From NCBI GenBank assembly GCA_007280915.1, contig QYQL01000122.1:6647-30646 (forward strand): a DNA stretch of 24,000 nucleotides. Reading direction: 5' to 3'. Below are positions 20,113 through 24,000 of this stretch, in pieces; position 1 is the stretch's first letter; every line of letters starts with the position of its first letter. Position numbers and translations under genes: made by a program. Source of the DNA: Verrucomicrobiaceae bacterium (GTDB taxonomy: Bacteria; Verrucomicrobiota; Verrucomicrobiia; Chthoniobacterales; Terrimicrobiaceae). The notes beneath the pieces are model-generated. The model did no database searches. It was given only the letters and a program-made list of their open reading frames with translations, and was not told the origin of the DNA.

Positions 20113-21024
20113 TCAGCGCAGGTCGAGCGGGCGGTAGACGATGATCCCGTAGTGGTCGCTCGAGCCTTTGAGGTATCGGGAGATCCTAGTGTCGAGGATG
20201 ACCTTGCGGCCTAGCGAGCGCTGCGAGGTGGCGTGCATGAAGTGGACGCCGTCGGATTTGCGGACGGCCATTCCGACGTGCGAGGTGTAGCCGCTTTTGT
20301 CGCGCGAGGTGATGGCGATGATGTCTCCTGTTTGAATGTAACGCTCGGCGGCGGCGACGCGGTCTTGGGGGATGTGGTAAACGGGCAATGAGGAGATCCG
20401 TTCTTGGATCTTGGCCATTTCCGGGAGAAGGCCGGGGTTGTTACGGAGGTAGCGGTAACTGCGCCAAGCGGAGGTCATCTCGGTGATGTTGCGGCTGAGC
20501 GGGACCCCTCCCATCTGGCGTGTCGGATTGGTGGAAAGCCCGCGGGCTCCGTTGTCCGCGAAGACCTCTTCGAGAAAATGCATGCGCGACAGGAAGCTGC
20601 CCGTGCAGTGTCCGTCGCGGTAACGCTCGATCTCGATCATGGCCAGGAGATCCTCCGGTTTGTAGTCGCCGTCCTTCATCCGGAGCATGCGGGCAAATCC
20701 CAGCGACACCTCGTAAAACGTCCAGCAATCGAGGCCGTTGAGATTGACCGAGGGCGACTCGATGTGGTCGTCGAGCTCCAGCGTGTAATTGACGTAGGGA
20801 GTCCCTAGCAGAGCGCGGCCGACGCGCGCCGTGCGCTCGCCCAGCGGGAGAGCGCGCCAGTTTTCCTTTTGGGCCAGATCGACCAGGCGGTTGAACTTGT
20901 CCTGTCCTTTGAAAACCACGCTCATGGGCAGGTGCGGCTGGTATTGAGGAACGACCGCCGCTGTCGCGGTGGAAAATGCGAAGGCAAGAAGCGCCGCAGC
21001 GAGCAAAGGAATCTGTCTGATCAT
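20113..21024 (-). CDS. DUF1460-like secreted protein (putative cell-wall amidase/peptidase fold)
   Basis: Signal peptide MIRQIPLLAAALLAFAFSTATA. The blocks GTPYVNYTLE, LNGLDCWTFYEVSLGFARM, RDGHCTGSFLSRMHF and GYTSHVGMAV fit my recollection of the DUF1460 family with a Cys/His pair. The family call is from memory. Confidence 0.7.
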   Translation of the reverse strand: MIRQIPLLAAALLAFAFSTATAAVVPQYQPHLPMSVVFKGQDKFNRLVDLAQKENWRALPLGERTARVGRALLGTPYVNYTLELDDHIESPSVNLNGLDCWTFYEVSLGFARMLRMKDGDYKPEDLLAMIEIERYRDGHCTGSFLSRMHFLEEVFADNGARGLSTNPTRQMGGVPLSRNITEMTSAWRSYRYLRNNPGLLPEMAKIQERISSLPVYHIPQDRVAAAERYIQTGDIIAITSRDKSGYTSHVGMAVRKSDGVHFMHATSQRSLGRKVILDTRISRYLKGSSDHYGIIVYRPLDLR

Positions 21025-21134
21025 CGTGCAGGTAAAATCGCCGTCGGGCCCGCCATGTCAAACGGGAAGAATGTCCGGATTGTTTCTCGGCCGGTGGTTG
21101 TCTTTTTGAGGATTCTCCAATACACCGGATTCAG

Positions 21135-22080
21135 CATGGCCGAGCCCGTCCGCTTCCAGCATTTTGAAGTTCCTCTTCGCGGGGACGGATCGCTTTTCGA
21201 GCTGGGGCGGGGAGCGATGGGCATCACCTACAAGGCGTTCGACACGAACCTGCGGTGCTTTGTCGCGCTGAAGGTGATCAACGCGACGTTTCTGGGCAGC
21301 GAGGTCGCCCGCGAGCGGTTTCTGCGCGAGGCCCGCGCGGCGGCCGCGCTCCGGCATCCGAATGTGGCCACCGTGTTCCATCTGGGTGAGGAGGGCGGCG
21401 ACTGGTTCTACGCGATGGAATTCGTGGATGGCGAGACGGTCGAGGCGATGATGAAGCGGGAGGGCTCGATCCCGACCGCCATCGCTCTCGGGATCGTGAT
21501 CCAGGTCTCACGCGCGCTCGGTGCGGCGCAGAAGCAGGGACTCGTGCACCGCGACATCAAACCATCCAACCTCATGCTCGTTCGAGAGGACGACGGGGAG
21601 TTCACTGTGAAGGTCATCGATTTCGGCCTCGCGAAAAATTCCGCTGGCACCGGAGAAGACACGGCGACGCTCACGATGGGGGGATTTCTTGGCACCCCCC
21701 ACTTTGCGAGCCCGGAGCAGCTTGAGGAACGCGAGTTGGATGTGCGATCCGACATCTATTCGCTTGGCGTCACGCTCTATTACATGCTCGCCGGTCGTGC
21801 ACCATTCAGCGGCTCGCTGGCTCAGGTCATGAGCCAGCACCTGCATCGCGAACCCCCGCTCGAAACGCTTGCTGGACAACAGCCGCAGGTTGTTGCGCTC
21901 CTCCGTCACATGCTGGCCAAGGATCCTGATGGGCGTCCTCAGACGCCTTCCGACCTTCGGCGCGAGGCCGAAGCCTGCCTGGCGGCGGTGAACGGGTCTT
22001 CCGTCGCGGTATCTCCCGCCACCGCGGCGGATCCTGAAAATTTCGAAACGCAAGTCCTCGACACGCCGCCGCCGGCAGGG
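21135..22080 (+). CDS. Ser/Thr protein kinase, N-terminal catalytic segment (frame 3) of a frame-disrupted gene; the literal ORF runs on to TGA 22497-22499
   Basis: Hand translation is MAEPVRFQHFEVPLRGDGSLFELGRGAMGITYKAFDTNLRCFVALKVI..., with HRDIKPSNLML (from about 21547), VIDFGLAK and GTPHFASPEQ. This ORF is NOT in the supplied ORF track. After about 22080 the frame-3 translation becomes Arg/Gly-rich nonsense while frame 1 becomes protein-like. Confidence 0.85.
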
Positions 22081-24000
22081 CCGATAGAACCTGCCATCGG
22101 AGCCATTTTTTCCGGGCGCTACCGGATTGTTCGCGAAATGAAGGCTGCCGGAAGGGTTTTTCAGGCGGAGGTGGTGGAGACGGCGTTGCCTGTTACTCTT
22201 CTGATCCTCGATTCCTCACTGCTCTCATCTGCGGAAGCTTTTACCCGCTTCGAAGATCAGGTTGGCGCACTCCAGAAGATTCAATCGCCGGCGATTCAAA
22301 AGATCCTATCTCTCGAACGCCTCGATCATGTGAGTTTCCTGACGATGGAATGGGTCGAGGGTCCGAGCCTTCTCGACCTCATGCGCGCCCGCAAAGCTTT
22401 GTCGCCAGCCGAAGCGCTGGCGGTCCTGCGTCCGCTGGCTTCCGGGTTCGACGCACTTTTGTCATCCGGATTTCCCTGTCCGGAGGTGGCATCAGCTGAA
22501 GTGATACTGTGCTGTTTGGAGATCACTCAACCGGTCCCCGCGGCACCTGCAGTAAAAATCAACGCGCTCCCCCACGGAAATTTCTCCGGCAATCCCGAAA
22601 TGACGATGGTGACTTCCTCATTCGCCACACTGCGGGATGGAGGCGCATTCACCGGTCGCGAGGTTCGGGGATATGTCTATGCGCTTGCTTCCCTTGCCTA
22701 CGAGATGCTGGGCGGGGTGAAGTCGGGCAGTGCCATTCCGATTCCGGGGCTTTCAGAAACGGCGAACCATTCTTTGCGACGGGCGCTCGATCCAGCCGTG
22801 TCGTTCGATTCGATCGCAGTGTTTCTCTCGGCATTGGAATCCGGCATGGGTTCCCTGCAGCCGACGCCCGCCCGCGCTTCCGCGCCGTCCTCTCCGCCTC
22901 CTTTGCCGGTGGCCAAGTCCGGTTTTCCAATGCCTTTGCTGATCGGTTTGGGAGCCGCGGGTCTTTTGGCTGCTGCCGGATTGTTCTTTTTGCTTCCCAA
23001 GGCCTCTACTCCTGCACCCGCCCCGGTTGCAGCCGCCACTCCGGTTCCAATGGCAAGCCCATCACCATCACCTTCCGCGACGCCGACGGCAACGCCCGAT
23101 CCGGTTGCCGAGGGCCTTGCCCGGGCGCGCGGGATTGCCTCGGATGATCCGGCCGCCGCATTGGCAACCCTCGTTGCATTGGCCAAGGCGCACTCCGACC
23201 GACCGGAAGCCCGGGACGCCGTAGTGGAATTTGTGACAGCCCTCCGCAGCCGCCGCGATGCGCTGAACCCGGGCCAAATGGCTTCGCTCCGCGAGCCGCT
23301 CGAAGCAACGGCGGCGCTGGATGTGGTCGAGGCCCAATTGATCCTCGGAGAGGACCTGCTTGAGAGTGATCCGAAGGACGCCCTCAAGTGGCTTATCGCC
23401 GCTGCAAAAAACGGAAACACCGACGCCATGGTTCTTTCCGGACTTGCGCTCGCGCGCGGCGTCGGCTCCGGGTCGCCCGACCTTCCGGCGGCTGCGGACT
23501 GGTTCCAGCGCGCGGCCGACCGCGGTGACGGGCGCGCCATGTTCGCACTCGGAGAGTGTTACTACTACAGCAAGGGGGTCACCCGCGATCCGCGGCTCGC
23601 GCTGGAATGGCTCAACAAGGCCGCCGAGCAAAGCAACGTGCGTGCGCTCGACATGTTAGGGACCCTTTACAGCAAGGGGATTCCCGGCGTGCTGCCGCGC
23701 GATCTTCCAAAAGCCTTCTGGTATTTCACCGCAGCCAAGGACCTCGGCTTCGCACCCGCCTATGGAAATCTCGGCGTCCTGTTCATGACCGCCGAGCCGA
23801 AACTCGCCGACAAAAAACTCGCAGTCGATCTTTTCAAGCAGGGCGCGGAAAAGGGCGATCCCCGCTGCATGTATTTCTATGCGGGCTGCCTCCGGGACGG
23901 CCTTGGCGAGGTGACAAAAGACAAGGCCGCCGCGCAGGATTGGTATGTCAAGGCCGCCGAACTCGGCGTGCAGGAAGCCCGCGATTGGTGCCGGACGAAC
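22081..24000 (+). CDS. Continuation (frame 1) of the kinase gene: degenerate pseudokinase domain, TM helix, Pro/Ser/Thr linker, Sel1-like repeats; 3' end outside window
   Basis: Frame 1 is open from 21991 to the window end. The pseudokinase-like segment is FSGRYRIVREMKAAGRVFQAEVV...FLTMEWVEGPSLLDLM...YALASLAYEMLGG, without VAIK-Lys, HRD or DFG. The TM helix is PMPLLIGLGAAGLLAAAGLFFLL (about 22927-22998). Sel1 repeats from about 23370 include AMFALGECYYYSKGVTRDPRLALEWLNKAAEQ, ALDMLGTLYSKG and CMYFYAGCLRDGLGEVTKDKAAAQDWYVKAAELG. Confidence 0.8.

Noticed and set aside
22509-23540. Track ORFs 22509..23147 (+), 22698..23540 (-), 23068..23631 (-)
   Set aside because: They are off-frame or antisense to the frame-1 reading that encodes the pseudokinase, TM and Sel1 portion. 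Their translations are Arg/Gly/Ala/Pro-rich with no motifs.

Overview
High-GC bacterial chromosome segment. The REP/RAYT style and gene content suggest the PVC superphylum (Verrucomicrobiota-like), but that is inference only. All family names come from motif recognition by eye, since no database search was possible.

Gene order:
- rpsO (3' end), pnp and a class I phosphomannose isomerase.
- A minus-strand trio: an uncharacterised 465-aa protein, an M23 peptidase and a secreted protein.
- A secreted hypothetical protein and acpP.
- leuS (minus strand), divergent from rdgB.
- A metal-resistance block: a CopA-like P1B ATPase convergent with a minus-strand operon of two small Cys-rich exported proteins, a CusB-like adaptor and a CusA-like RND pump.
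- A DUF1460-like protein.
- A Ser/Thr kinase gene with pseudokinase, transmembrane and Sel1-repeat parts that runs off the 3' edge.

Main unusual observations:
1. leuS is about 215 codons too long. A complete RAYT-type HUH/Y1 transposase domain, bracketed by 26-bp inverted REP-like hairpin repeats, sits in frame in a loop after the editing domain.
2. A second in-frame 90-bp element in leuS is built from two opposed heptanucleotide tandem arrays.
3. The kinase gene is absent from the supplied ORF track and is split by a one-base frame change near a GGGCCC run at about 22077-22082.
4. The Cu-ATPase lacks an HMA domain and carries a roughly 205-aa Cys/Met-rich extension with six predicted transmembrane helices.

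I see no CRISPR array, tRNA or rRNA, and no recognisable multi-gene defence or secretion system. Most of the long alternative-frame ORFs in the track are antisense or GC artefacts.
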